Shown here piece by piece: positions 1 to 10,937 of a DNA stretch of 44,167 nt. Under the pieces are notes generated by a model. The model was not told the origin of the DNA. It did no database searches and saw nothing but the letters and a program-made list of their open reading frames with translations. The DNA lies in the NCBI GenBank assembly GCA_002269645.1, contig NIVC01001616.1, forward strand, positions 1 through 44,167, read 5' to 3'. The stretch comes from Macrostomum lignano (taxonomy: Eukaryota). How positions within the stretch are numbered: the stretch's first letter is position 1; each line of letters opens with the position of its first letter. The position numbers and the translations under genes are program-made.

Positions 1-1460
1 AGTCAGATGTGTTGCTAGCCGGATATGTTGCTAGTCAGATGTGTTGCTAGCCAGATGTGTTGCTAGCCGGATGTGTATCTAGCCAGATGTGTTGCTAGCC
101 AGATGTGTTTGCTAGCCGGATGTGTTGCTAGCGGATGTTGCTAGCCAGATGTGTTACTAGCGGATGTGTTTCTAGTCAGATGTGTTGCTAGTCAGATGTG
201 TTGCTAGCCGGATTGTTTCTAGTCAGATGTGTTGCTAGCCGGATGTGTTGCTAGCCGGATGTGTTTGCTAGCGCGATGTGTTGCTAGCCAGATGTGCTAG
301 CCGATGTGTTGCTAGCCGGATGTGTTGCTAGTCAGACGGTGTTGCTAGTCAGATGTGTTGCTAGCCGGATGTTTCTAGCCAGATGTGTTTGCTAGTCAGA
401 TGTGTTGCTAGCCGGATGTGTTGCTAGCCGGATGTGTTTGCTAGCCAGATGTGTTGCTAGCGGATGTGTTGCTAGTCAGATGTGTTGCTAGCCGGATGTG
501 TTTGCTAGCCAGATGTGTTCTAGCCGGATGTGTTGCTAGCCAGATGTGTTGCTAGCCGGATGTGTTGCTAGCCGGATGTGTTGCTAGCCAGATGTGTTGC
601 TAGCCGGATGTGTTTCTAGTCAGACGTGTGCTAGTCAGATGTGTTGCTAGCCGGATGTTGCTAGTCAGATGTGTTGCTAGCCGGATATGTTTTCTAGTCA
701 GATGTGTTGCTAGCCGGATGTGTTGCTAGCCGGATGTGTTGCTAGCCGGATGTGTTACTAGCCGGATGTGTTTTTAGTCAGATGTGTTGCTAGCCGGATG
801 TGTTACTAGCCGATGTTTTCTAGTCAGATGTGTTTTAGTCAGATGTGTTGCTAGCCGGATGTGTTACTAGCCGGATGTGTTTCTAGTCAGATGTGTTTCT
901 AGTCAGATGTGTTGCTAGCCGGATGTGTTACTAGCCGGATGTGTTTCTAGTCAGACGTGTTGCTAGTCATGATGTGTTTGCTAGCCGGATGTGTTACTAG
1001 CCGGATGTGTTTTTAGTCAGATGTGTTGCTAGCCGGATGTGTTTCTAGTCAGATGTGTTGCTAGCCGGATGTGTTACTAGCCGGATGTGTTTCTAGTCAG
1101 ATGTGTTGCTAGCCGGATGTGTTACTAGCCGGATGTGTTTCTAGTCAGATGTGTTGCTAGCCGGATGTGTTACTAGCCGGATGTGTTGCTAGCCGGATGT
1201 GTTACTAGCCGGATGTGTTTCTAGTCAGATGTGTTGCTAGTCAGATGTGTTGCTAGCCGGATATGTGCTAGTCAGATGTGTTGCTAGCCGGATGTGTTAC
1301 TAGCCGGATGTGTTTCTAGTCAGATGTGTTGCTAGCCGGATGTGTTACTAGCCGGATGTGTTAATAGCCGGATGTGTTTCTAGTCAGATGTGTTGCTAGT
1401 CAGATGTGTTGCTAGCCGGATGTGTTACTAGCCAGATGTGTTTCTAGCCGGATGTGTTGC
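1..1460. repeat. Minisatellite, ~16-bp unit (GCTAGCCGGATGTGTT / GCTAGTCAGATGTGTT), ~90 copies, runs off the window start
   Basis: Unit is directly visible. The first ~500 bp has many 1-2 bp indels. One inverted unit (ATCTGGCTAGCAAAC) lies at ~1505. Confidence 0.97.
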
Positions 1461-1608
1461 TGTCTAGCCAGTGAGTTATTCAGACATTGCACCATAGAAC
1501 AAAAATCTGGCTAGCAAACGGGGTCTCTCAAGTTCACATACGATTTTGTTCACTCCTTCACCTCTGATTCAGCAGAGTTGCTTTAGGAAATCAAATCAGA
1601 TGACCCCC

Positions 1609-3617
1609 TCAAATCTGCTTGCCATGGATTTGACCCGGCCTGACGGACGATGAAGCTGCTGGCTTTCTTGTCCTGTCTTGGCTATACCGGCCTGTCCAGC
1701 CTCGGACGCTGTCGCCGGATGAGGCAGAGCAGCTGACGACGCCGCCGAATCGCCTCGGGCAGGCCACCTGGGAGCCGCTTTCGGAGGCAGAGGAGCTGCC
1801 GATGGCGATGGCTGGAGCAGATTTGAGAGAGGAGGTCAGATGTCTGCAGCTGACGGTTGTATGGCCCTCTATGGTCATAACTGACCGTCAGAAACGGCAG
1901 CTTCTGAGAAGCACAGCAGTTGTATCCAAGAGCTCTTACCGCTGTTACTGCAGTCTGTTCTCGAAACTGCATCGGAAGAGGCGGCATTGGCGGTGGCGGA
2001 TGAGGCGATTTTACTGGAGGCGGTGGCGGCGGTGGCGGCGGCGGTGGCGTCGGAAGCGTCGGCTTTGCCGGCGGTGGGGCGGTCTCGGAGGAGGCGCCAC
2101 CGCAGCTCGATCAGCGGGACGAAGCTGTCCACCAAGGAGACCGCGGTCCAGCAGCTGCTCGGCAACTGGGCGCAGGCCGACGGCCGCCACAGTTAGCCGC
2201 TGGTGGCCCCAGCGCACCGTCCACCAGCCGGACTCCGAGCGCGACTCGGCCACCACCAAATCGCCGAGCGCCGGCTGCGTCAGCCGCTCCGAATCCGACG
2301 TTGCGCAGTTGCTGACACAGACGACGAACGCATCGGTGGAGTCCGACACCGGCTCGGACGGTGAGCTCGGCGAGTCGGCTCGCGTCGCTGGCGTGAGGAA
2401 CTGCGCGGGGAACCAGCCGATCCGGCCGCCGACCTCCACAAGCCAGTAGCCGGTGTCGGCCCGTCGCAGCACCGACGCCGCGTCGCCGGCCTCAGCGCTG
2501 AATTCAACACCGTGAGCGTCGCGACAGGAGTGGCCGCGAGTCACTAAATAGAGCGGTGCCACCGCCGGAGTTGAAATGTCTGCCGAAGTTGCCTGCGGCC
2601 GCCTGAAGTTGGCAAGCATGCATGGTTTTGCCTGAAAGGGGCAGCTTCTTTTTGACAAGAGTAGACCGTCTGATTCTCATACTAGAAAGCTTGCTAAATA
2701 AAAGTGCACGCTCACTCTTTCTGAGAAGATTTTCTAGCGTCGTCCTCGGAGCAGGAAAAGAACTGAATGACGTGTCGGTGCCGCTGAATGAAATCTGGTA
2801 GCTGAAAAATGCTCTGGTAAGAGAGGAAAAAGTTTGAGCTTAGTAAAATTGCACTTCTAAAGTTTTAGCCAAGTGCAGTATTAGCCATACTTACATTGCA
2901 GTATTCCTCCAGTAATGGTCGCCTTTTAGCTGCTACCTCACGCTCCTTTTTTGTACGAATTAAAACTTTTCCTGGCAGCACTGGGATCAATCGCTCCTCT
3001 GGGTGTTTACAACCAGCCTCTTTTGGGAAAAGTTCCATTATTTGATGCTGAAAAATTGAGCAATTATAAAATTAAGTTATATTTACACTGTATTTGTTAA
3101 ACATATCAAAACATTGAACACAGAAAAATATATGCAAACTATAGCTACCTGAAAATTAAAAAACTGATTGTAGCGCCGGTGTATAATTTTGCAGCATCCC
3201 TCTTCGTTGCGAATGTTGATAACGAACTCCTAAGTACAGAGAGTCAGAAATAAAGCTGTAGTTACGATGCCTTCTCATTAATTTCAAATAAAAAAATAAT
3301 TTATGACTATTTCACATGCCAAAGTGGATTCACTATCACATTGATAGCATTTTAGTTTTTTTCATAATTTGGGCTGTCGTAGTTTAATCGGTTTTTTAAT
3401 TATGACAATTATGACCTTTGCCTGAACTGATAACTTTATTAGATACCTTCTGGCAAAAATGAGGTAAATTCAGAAATTAAATAAAAAGGACCACATTAAA
3501 TCCAGCCTTTCAAGGTGCTACTTGATATTTACGCTGCTCAAACATGAGTTATATACTTACATAATATTTTTCATGATTCTTATAAACCTTGTGGAAAAAA
3601 GGAATCGAACAATGCAT
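1609..3617 (-). CDS. PX-SH3-SH3 protein, p47phox(NCF1)/NOXO1/Tks(SH3PXD2) organizer family; 6 coding exons
   Basis: GT-AG exons read by hand: 3617-3561 (MHCSIPFFHKVYKNHEKYY), 3229-3149 (EFVINIRNEEGCCKIIHRRYNQFFNFQ), 3047-2895 (HQIMELFPKEAGCKHPEERLIPVLPGKVLIRTKKEREVAAKRRPLLEEYCN), 2813-2716 (SIFQLPDFIQRHRHVIQFFSCSEDD), 2602-1940 and 1868-1609. The first four splice in phase and match the Tks/p47phox PX pattern (IYRRYSKFF; RIIPFLPGK; KR..IDEYC; LP..I....V..FF...ED). Exon 5 encodes SH3 (GYWLV..GGRIGWFPAQFL) and a degenerate second SH3 (SESGWWTVR). One apparent 1-nt frameshift at ~2140-2190. An upstream acceptor at 3650 means the N-terminus could extend. Confidence 0.88.
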
Positions 3618-5430
3618 TTCCTTATCGAATCGAATCCAAGAATTTTTTTCCTGGTTAAACATCAAATCATTTCTTAGAAAATCCGATGTTTAAAACCACT
3701 CGATAAAGCCACTAAAGTTTTTTCTATCTACATGAGAATAGGCAATTTTAGGTCTTTTCTCAGCAAAAAAGTAAAAGGCACCTTTTCAGCAGCAATTAGA
3801 AAGTATTGCTTTTGGACTACGCTAGAGTTTGTTATAGAATTCTGCGAACTTACAGTAGGTGCACGAATTTGAAATTAATCCCTTAAGTCCTTGCTTAGCA
3901 CCCGCGCTTTTGTGCCCTTTGCCTGACGGAGCTAGATGTTTGTGACCGGCTAGAACGGCTCGGTAAGGTTCATACTTGCCAGACGGTATCTATAGTGAAT
4001 GAAGTAATTATTATGTTCGATTATGAGTGGTCGATGCTTTGTATTTAATATCTGGCGAATCGCGGCGATCATGAATCAAATTTAATTCTTGAACCATGAA
4101 TGAATCTAGATGCTAGAAGCCTAGAAAGTAGTAGAAGCTGTTAAATTTACTGCTTAATAATATACATTTACTATTATATTGTGTTGAAATTCAAAATATT
4201 GTCATGGCCATATTAATCTGGCTCTTGTGCACAAAAATAGATAGAGGTTTCCATTTGTCATGTAATTTGCTCATAACCCAACAGTCTAAAATCAAGGAGT
4301 ATGCTGATATATGCTGATGCCTGACACTGTCAGTGACAATCATTAATAAAATTATCAACCAAATATATATCAATTTTATTGTATCAATTATTAATTCAAG
4401 ACCATTTTAAACTGCTATATTGCTAGCTATGATAGGGGCCTGCTATGCCATTTTAATCAAGAGTATTGCACTAGAGTGTCTGTTCACAATTCTATAAGTA
4501 TTATTTTTGTTTTTATAAGTTTTTATTAATCTACTATGTCTAGATCTACTAGGAACAAAATGAATTTTTGTTTATTATAAAAGATTTTTATTGTTTGATA
4601 AAAGTGCATTCAGTATAAGAGTGTTTTAATAATATACTCACTTGGTTTTAGCAAATGGATATAGACTTCTTAAAATTAAAATAAAAAATATTTTTGTCAT
4701 TTTGATTTTCTTAATTTTATCAAACTTGCTAGAGGTTAATTAGGTAGGGCCTATCTAATCTAAGACAAATTAAAAAATAATAAAATTGCCTTTGGGGCTT
4801 TGGTTTTGGTATAGTTTTGGCTTATATATGATTTTAAATATTTTTATAGTGATTGCATATATTAACTTAGGCCTAATAATAGGTTTTAATATTAATATCT
4901 AGGTGGTCTCCAAAGCAACGATTAATATATTTAATACCCTTATTAATATATCTAAAAATCAATAGAGCTCTATGCTTTTATTAAGGAATAGATATATGAA
5001 ATCACTTTTGACCCTATGAAAATTTCTCTATTCTTAAACCCTCACATCTAAATGAATAGTTTAAAGCTAAATTAAAAATAAAGTTAAAGTTTAAAAGTAG
5101 CATTTTTAAAAACCATAAAGAGACCAAGATTATAATCTTATTAAAATTGGAACTTTTTATACACAAGGACTTAAACAAGTCTAAGCCTACTTAGTAATAT
5201 ATTTTTGTAACTTTTAAATTCATAAATTAAAGAAAATTCTAGATTTTTATTTGCAATTGCAAATTAGTTTATTATTACTCATATCTTATTAGCAATTTTG
5301 CTTTTCTGTTTTTAGTCAATAAGACTAGCTAGGCCTAGGGTAGGCTGTTTGCCAGCATCCAGAAATCTATTTTCATTTTTTGTATATTTGATGATTGATA
5401 ATAAGATTTTCATTTTTAGTATAACTGATG

Positions 5431-5515
5431 ACTAACAATCTTCGCCCCCAATGGGGATATCTGGATAGAATTTCTGCTCTGTACAAGTAACAAAGACCCC
5501 AGATAGCAAGCATCC
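5431..5515 (-). mobile_element. 3'-terminal fragment of the Helitron-like family seen at 39-44 kb
   Basis: ACTAACAATCTTCGCCCCCAATGGGGATATCTGGATAGAAT matches the reverse complement of 40695-40741. The following TACAAGTAACAAAGA..CCCCAGATAGCAAGCATCC matches 40826-40950. Confidence 0.7.
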
Positions 5516-5970
5516 TTGGATACAAATAATTCCTTATAGATAGCTAGCTTTGACTCTTGCATCCTACATGCCTGCTTATAGTATCTTAAATATGCTTGCA
5601 TTGTATATATGCTCATTAATCAGTGGAATAAGCAAAACTTTTCTATATTGGTTATAGAGCAATATTCCAAAAGGCATTGCACCAAGGTACTCAGAGCCCT
5701 GCAAAGAATGGGAAGTTATATTTGATAGGTTATTATTATTTATAAAGTAGACTCATCTTGAAATTGTAGGCTTTGGGAGAAGTCATCCCCAACTTTCTAC
5801 TTTTTATATTGAAATATATATACTTATAGTAGCTCTCTCTGCACCTTCGCTTTTTCTCATTTTTTACTTCACAAATGACGTATAAAGATTAAAAAAAGCC
5901 TAGACTGTAAAACATTTCAATTGCTTTTTTGCAGGGTCCTTAAAAACACAGCCTTCAGCCAGCAATTGCA

Positions 5971-8900
5971 ATGTCCAATGAAGACGATTTTCCCGAGGAC
6001 CTGCTGGTATTCAAAAGGGTAAGCTGTCCTGTCTGTTCGCACTTATATCACCGTCTGAGATTCACATGAGAGCTTTCACCGCCCCGCAGCTGACCCGCAT
6101 TCATCGCCAGCCAAGCGGCAGCGAGTCCGATGCCGATGCCTGGTCCCTGCACTCCATGGCCTCCAGGCGCAGCGTGCACTCTATGGCCACGACGGCAACT
6201 TCGGCCACCTCGGCAGCCACCGCTATCGGCCTAAGGAGAAATCGCGCCAGCGTCGGTGGCAGCGGCGGCGGCGGCGGCGGGCACCGCGGACTGTCGCGGC
6301 TGGCCTCCCTGATCAGCCTGCTGCCTGGCCGCCGGAATGCGCCAGTTGTCTGCGAGAGCCCGCCGCCGGAAGCCGCCGTTGGCGTTGATGGCAGCGTCGG
6401 AGGAGCCGGCGCAGTCGCTGCGGACTCGGCTGACGCCGCCGCTGCCGCCCCAGCCGGCGGTTGCTTGAGCCGTCGGCAGCTGGACGTCCGCGCCTGCCTG
6501 CAGGAGCTGCTGGACTTGGAGTCCCGCTTCTACCAGCGGCTGGAGTGCGCACTGCGGGTGTACTACGAGCCGCTGCTGCAGACCTCTGGCATACCGGAGG
6601 CGGACGTACGCGAGATGTTCCACACCCTGCCTAGCCTGGCTTGGCGCGGCCCCGCCCGGCTTGTTAACCGGCTGAGGCCGTGCCTGCAGCGAATGCGCTG
6701 CGGCCGAGGCGGCTGCGATGATGATGAAGCTTGTTGGGATGCTGGGTGAGCCGCTTTGAACATTCATAATGCCAGAACTTTATTTCGAATGAATTTCCCA
6801 CAATCTGAGTCCCATTTGGCACAGATGCAATGGCGCCCCATTAAATACATTAGCGCTGCCTCAGATGCAATGGCGCCCCCTCAGATGCAATGGCACCCCC
6901 TCAGATGCCATGGCACCCCCTCAGATGCAATGGCGCCCCTTCAAATGCAATGGGGCCTGTTATATGAACTGGCATTCCCCAAGACGCGGAGAGCCCCTCT
7001 TGGCCACCCCGCTGCTGCTACAAGAGATGACACAAGCCTACATGCTCGCGGTCCGTTCACGATGTACAGCAGTGTATTGGTAAATCCAAACTAACCGATT
7101 TCTTCTCGTTTGAACGCCCGCAGCGGCTGCGGCTCCGCTCTGCTTGAATGGGCCACCGAGGAGTCGGCCGAGGACGGCTCGCTGGGCCGCCTGGTGGCCT
7201 ACTGCACTCACCTGGACCAGTCGCGCCAGGCCTACGATCGGCTGCGTAGGCGGACAAAGTTTCGCGATTTCATTCAGCGCTGCCTGACAGTCCGGCGCTC
7301 GTTGGAAGGCCTCGATTTGTGGAGCCACCTGCACGAGCCGAAGTCTCATATGGCCAGGTGGGAATTTATACTGGCCTGCTTGGAATGCCTTTTTATAGGA
7401 TCCAAAATCCAATGATCCAGTCCCTAAATCCAATGATCCCAGTCCCGAATCCAATGATCCCAGTCCTGAATCCAATGATCCCAGTCCCTGAATCCAATGA
7501 TCCCAGTCCCTGAATCCAATGATCCCAGTCCTGAATCCAATGATCCCAGTCCCTAAATCCAATGATCCCAGTCCTGAATCCAATGATCCCAGTCCTGAAT
7601 CCAATGATCCCAGTCCCTGAATCCAATGATCCCAGTTCCGAATCCAATGATCCCAGTCCCTGAATCCAATGATCCCAGTCCCTGAATCCAATGATCCCAG
7701 TCCCGAATCCAATGATCCCAGTCCCTGAATCCAATGATCCCAGTCCCTGAATCCAATGATCCCAGTTCCGAATCCAATAATCCCAGTCCCTGAATCCAAT
7801 GATCCCAGTTCCGAATCAAATGATCCAGTCCCGAATCCAATGATCCCAGTTCCGAATCCAATGATCCCAGTCCCTGAATCCAATGATCCCAGTTCCGAAT
7901 CCAATGATCCAGTCCCGAATCCAATGATCCCAGTACCTGAATCCAATGATCCCAGTTCCGAATCCAATGATCCAGTCCCGAATCCAATGATCCAGTCCCG
8001 AATCCAATGATCCCAGTCCCTGAATCCAATGATCCCAGTTCCGAATCCAATGATCCAGTCCCGAATCCAATGATCCCAGTACCTGAAACCAATGATCCCA
8101 GTTCCGAATCCAATGATCCAGTCCCGAATCCAATGATCCCAGTCCCTGAATCCAATGATCCCAGTTCCGAATCCAATGATCCAGTCCCGAATCCAATGAT
8201 CCCAGTCCCTGAATCCAATGATCCCAGTTCCGAATCCAATGATCCAGTCCCGAATCCAATGATCCCAGTTCCGAATCCAATGATCCAGTCCCGAATTCAA
8301 TGATCCCAGTCCCTGAATCCAATGATCCCAGTTCCGAATCCAATGATCCAGTCCCGAATCCAATGATCCCAGTCCCTGAATCCAATGATCCCAGTTCCGA
8401 ATCCAATGATCCAGTCCCGAATCCAATGATCCCAGTTCCGAATCCAATGATCCAGTCCCGAATCCAATGATCCCAGTCCCTGAATCCAATGATCCCAGTT
8501 CCGAATCCAATGATCCAGTCCCAAATCCAATGATCCCAGTCCCTGAATCCAATGATCCCAGTTCCGAATCCAATGATCCAGTCCCGAATCCAATGATCCC
8601 AGTTCCGAATCCAATGATCCAGTCCCGAATTCAATGATCCCAGTCCCTGAATCCAATGATCCCAGTTCCGAATCCAATGATCCAGTCCCGAATCCAATGA
8701 TCCCAGTCCCTGAATCCAATGATCCCAGTTCCGAATCCAATGATCCAGTCCCGAATCCAATGATCCCAGTTCCGAATCCAATGATCCAGTCCCGAATTCA
8801 ATGATCCCAGTCCCTGAATCCAATGATCCCAGTTCCGAATCCAATGATCCAGTCCCGAATCCAATGATCCCAGTCCCTGAATCCAATGATCCCAGTTCCG

Positions 8901-10937
8901 AATCCAATGATCCAGTCCCGAATCCAATGATCCCAGTTCCGAATCCAATGATCCAGTCCCGAATTCAATGATCCCAGTCCCTGAATCCAATGATCCCAGT
9001 TCCGAATCCAATGATCCAGTCCCGAATCCAATGATCCCAGTCCCTGAATCCAATGATCCCAGTTCCGAATCCAATGATCCAGTCCCGAATCCAATGATCC
9101 CAGTTCCGAATCCAATGATCCAGTCCCGAATCCAATGATCCCAGTCCCTGAATCCATACTATCCATATTATGCTTATCGATATCTTTGCTGATTATATTT
9201 TAAACCAGTAGCGATTTTCCCGCCGCATGCCCTCACTAGCTGCATGTAAGTAGTGCACTGGGGACATTGTGCCTGAAGTTTACTGCTGCTCAAGTGTGTG
9301 CTCAATTAATTGGCGCGGTTCTTGTGGCTGCACTTCTCTGTGAAGGAGGCCGGCACGCGCCTGCTGCGTGATCCAGCCTCAGCCTTTGCTACCTTTGAAG
9401 GCTTTCATTTTTTGGGGAAATTAAATTCGAGAATCTTCCTTTAGTATCTGCGATTCTAATTATCCGACAGGATATTTTTAACACTGCTTCCCAGCATTTG
9501 TTTACGCTTGGGTTCAACCTAGTTCGTATCAAACAGCTGTGGGATTTATAGCACACGGGGAACTCTTTATTCTAATATTTGATCCCAATTGCCTGATCTG
9601 TGAGTCTGTGATTCCCAATATTTAATCCCAATTTTCTTTCTGATCTGTGAATCTGTGATCAATCCCAATATTTGATCCCACTTATCTGATCTGTGAATCT
9701 GGAATCCTCAATCCCAATATTTGATCCCACTTATCTGATCTGTGATTGAATCTGGGATCCTCAATTCCAATATTTAATCCCAAGTTAAGCTCCGCCTTCC
9801 CAAATCCCCGCCCACGCCGCCGCAGGTACCCGCTGATCCTGAGCCGCTTGGCCGGCTACCTCAGCTCGCTGGACAATGACGCCGAGGCTAGCAGAGTTCG
9901 GCAGGCCTTCGACATCGTGCAGGCCCGGCTGACCGCCATCGACTGCGCCATGCGGGAGCAGGACAGGCGCTGTCTGGCCAAGAAGCTCCTGCTGAGCGAA
10001 GCCTGTCTGCCTGCCGGCCTGCTGGAGCCGTGGCGGTGGCTGCTTCAGCGCCAGACTCGCGTGCTGGAGAAGACCGCGCCAGGCCTGGTGCAGGTCATGC
10101 CGAAACGCCGGCCAGCCCTGCTGCTGCTCTTCTCCGACCTGCTGATTGTTGCCAAGGTGGAGGAGTCGGCGCACTCGTCTGGCGCCAGCAGTCGGGCGAC
10201 GCCGCCACCGCCTCCGCTGCCGTGGGGCACGAGAATCTGCGCTGCCGACAGCTGCTGCTGCTCTGCGGCCTGTCCGCCTCCACCAGCGGCGTAGCCCAGC
10301 TGAATCTCCGCGGAGTTCAGCTGGCGTCAAAGTCTAACAATTGGGGCATTGTCGGGTAGGTTCCGAGTCGCGGTGTACCGATATGTATCGAAAAATACTT
10401 GTTTCCTATAGACCGAATCAGTTAATATACACATGTCTCCTTGAAGTATTTAAGGAAGGAGCCGAGATGAATTTAAAGGAAGAGTCCCGATATGTATCGA
10501 AAGTGTACAAAATCAGAGTAAAGCAATACCACCCGATATGTAATAGAAAAAGAGAACTTTACTGCATAGCGCACTAGCGTAGTCAATTAAACAGATATTG
10601 CCCGAGCTGTTCGAAGTAAAAATAGTCCACTATAAATAGTCAAAACATAATTTACCCCCACCGATATGTATCGAAAAATTTCCTGTCTTGCAGCAAGCGT
10701 CACCAGACGAGCAGCCAGCGCTGGAAACCGCAGCCTCCGGCGGCTACGGCCGCTGTCAGCCTCTGCCTGTCTTTCGGGCAGAACGCGGCCGAGCGCTCCC
10801 ATTGGCTGTCGCTCATCCAATCAGCGCACAGCTGTACAGCGGCCTGTCACGGCAGCGGCGCCACCATGGTGACGGAGACGCCGCTGCGGCAGGGGTCGCA
10901 GCACAGCACGGAGTCCGGCTACTGCACCGACCACTGA
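5971..10937 (+). CDS. Rho-family guanine nucleotide exchange factor (DH-PH); 5 coding exons
   Basis: Exons 5971-6018 (MSNEDDFPEDLLVFKR), 6090-6745, 7125-7357, 9826-10355 and 10694-10937, all with GT-AG and matching phases. DH motifs: LQELLDLESRFYQRL and LDLWSHLHEPKSHMAR|YPLIL. PH motifs: LLLLFSDLLIVAK and AAERSHWLSLIQSA. A -1 frame change is needed at ~10157-10230. Confidence 0.88.
6821..6955. repeat. 20-bp tandem repeat (TCAGATGCAATGGCGCCCCC), ~6 copies, in RhoGEF intron 2
   Basis: Units at 6861, 6881, 6901, 6921 and 6941, plus a detached copy at ~6821. Confidence 0.9.
7402..9155. repeat. Minisatellite of 20/21/22-bp AATCCAATGATCC(C)AGT(C/T)CC(T)G units with a 167-bp higher-order repeat, filling RhoGEF intron 3
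   Basis: Units visible. The GAATTC variant recurs at 8293, 8627, 8794 and 8961 (spacings 334, 167, 167). Confidence 0.97.
9570..9785. repeat. Diverged ~42-52-bp tandem repeat (ATCCCAATATTTGATCCCACTTATCTGATCTGTGA..), ~5 copies
   Basis: TTT(G/A)ATCCC recurs at ~9580, 9621, 9671, 9720 and 9772, just upstream of the 9825 acceptor. Confidence 0.8.

Noticed and set aside
1802-2449. Antisense/alternate-frame ORFs over GC-rich exons (also 6231-6767, 9785-10330, 15600-16181, 27741-28118, 34288-35871)
   Set aside because: Shadows of real GC3-rich coding exons or LINE ORFs on the other strand.
7038-9166. Long repetitive ORFs (up to 511 aa, DSELGSLDSG/DHWIRNW)
   Set aside because: Translations of the intronic minisatellite; open in several frames on both strands.
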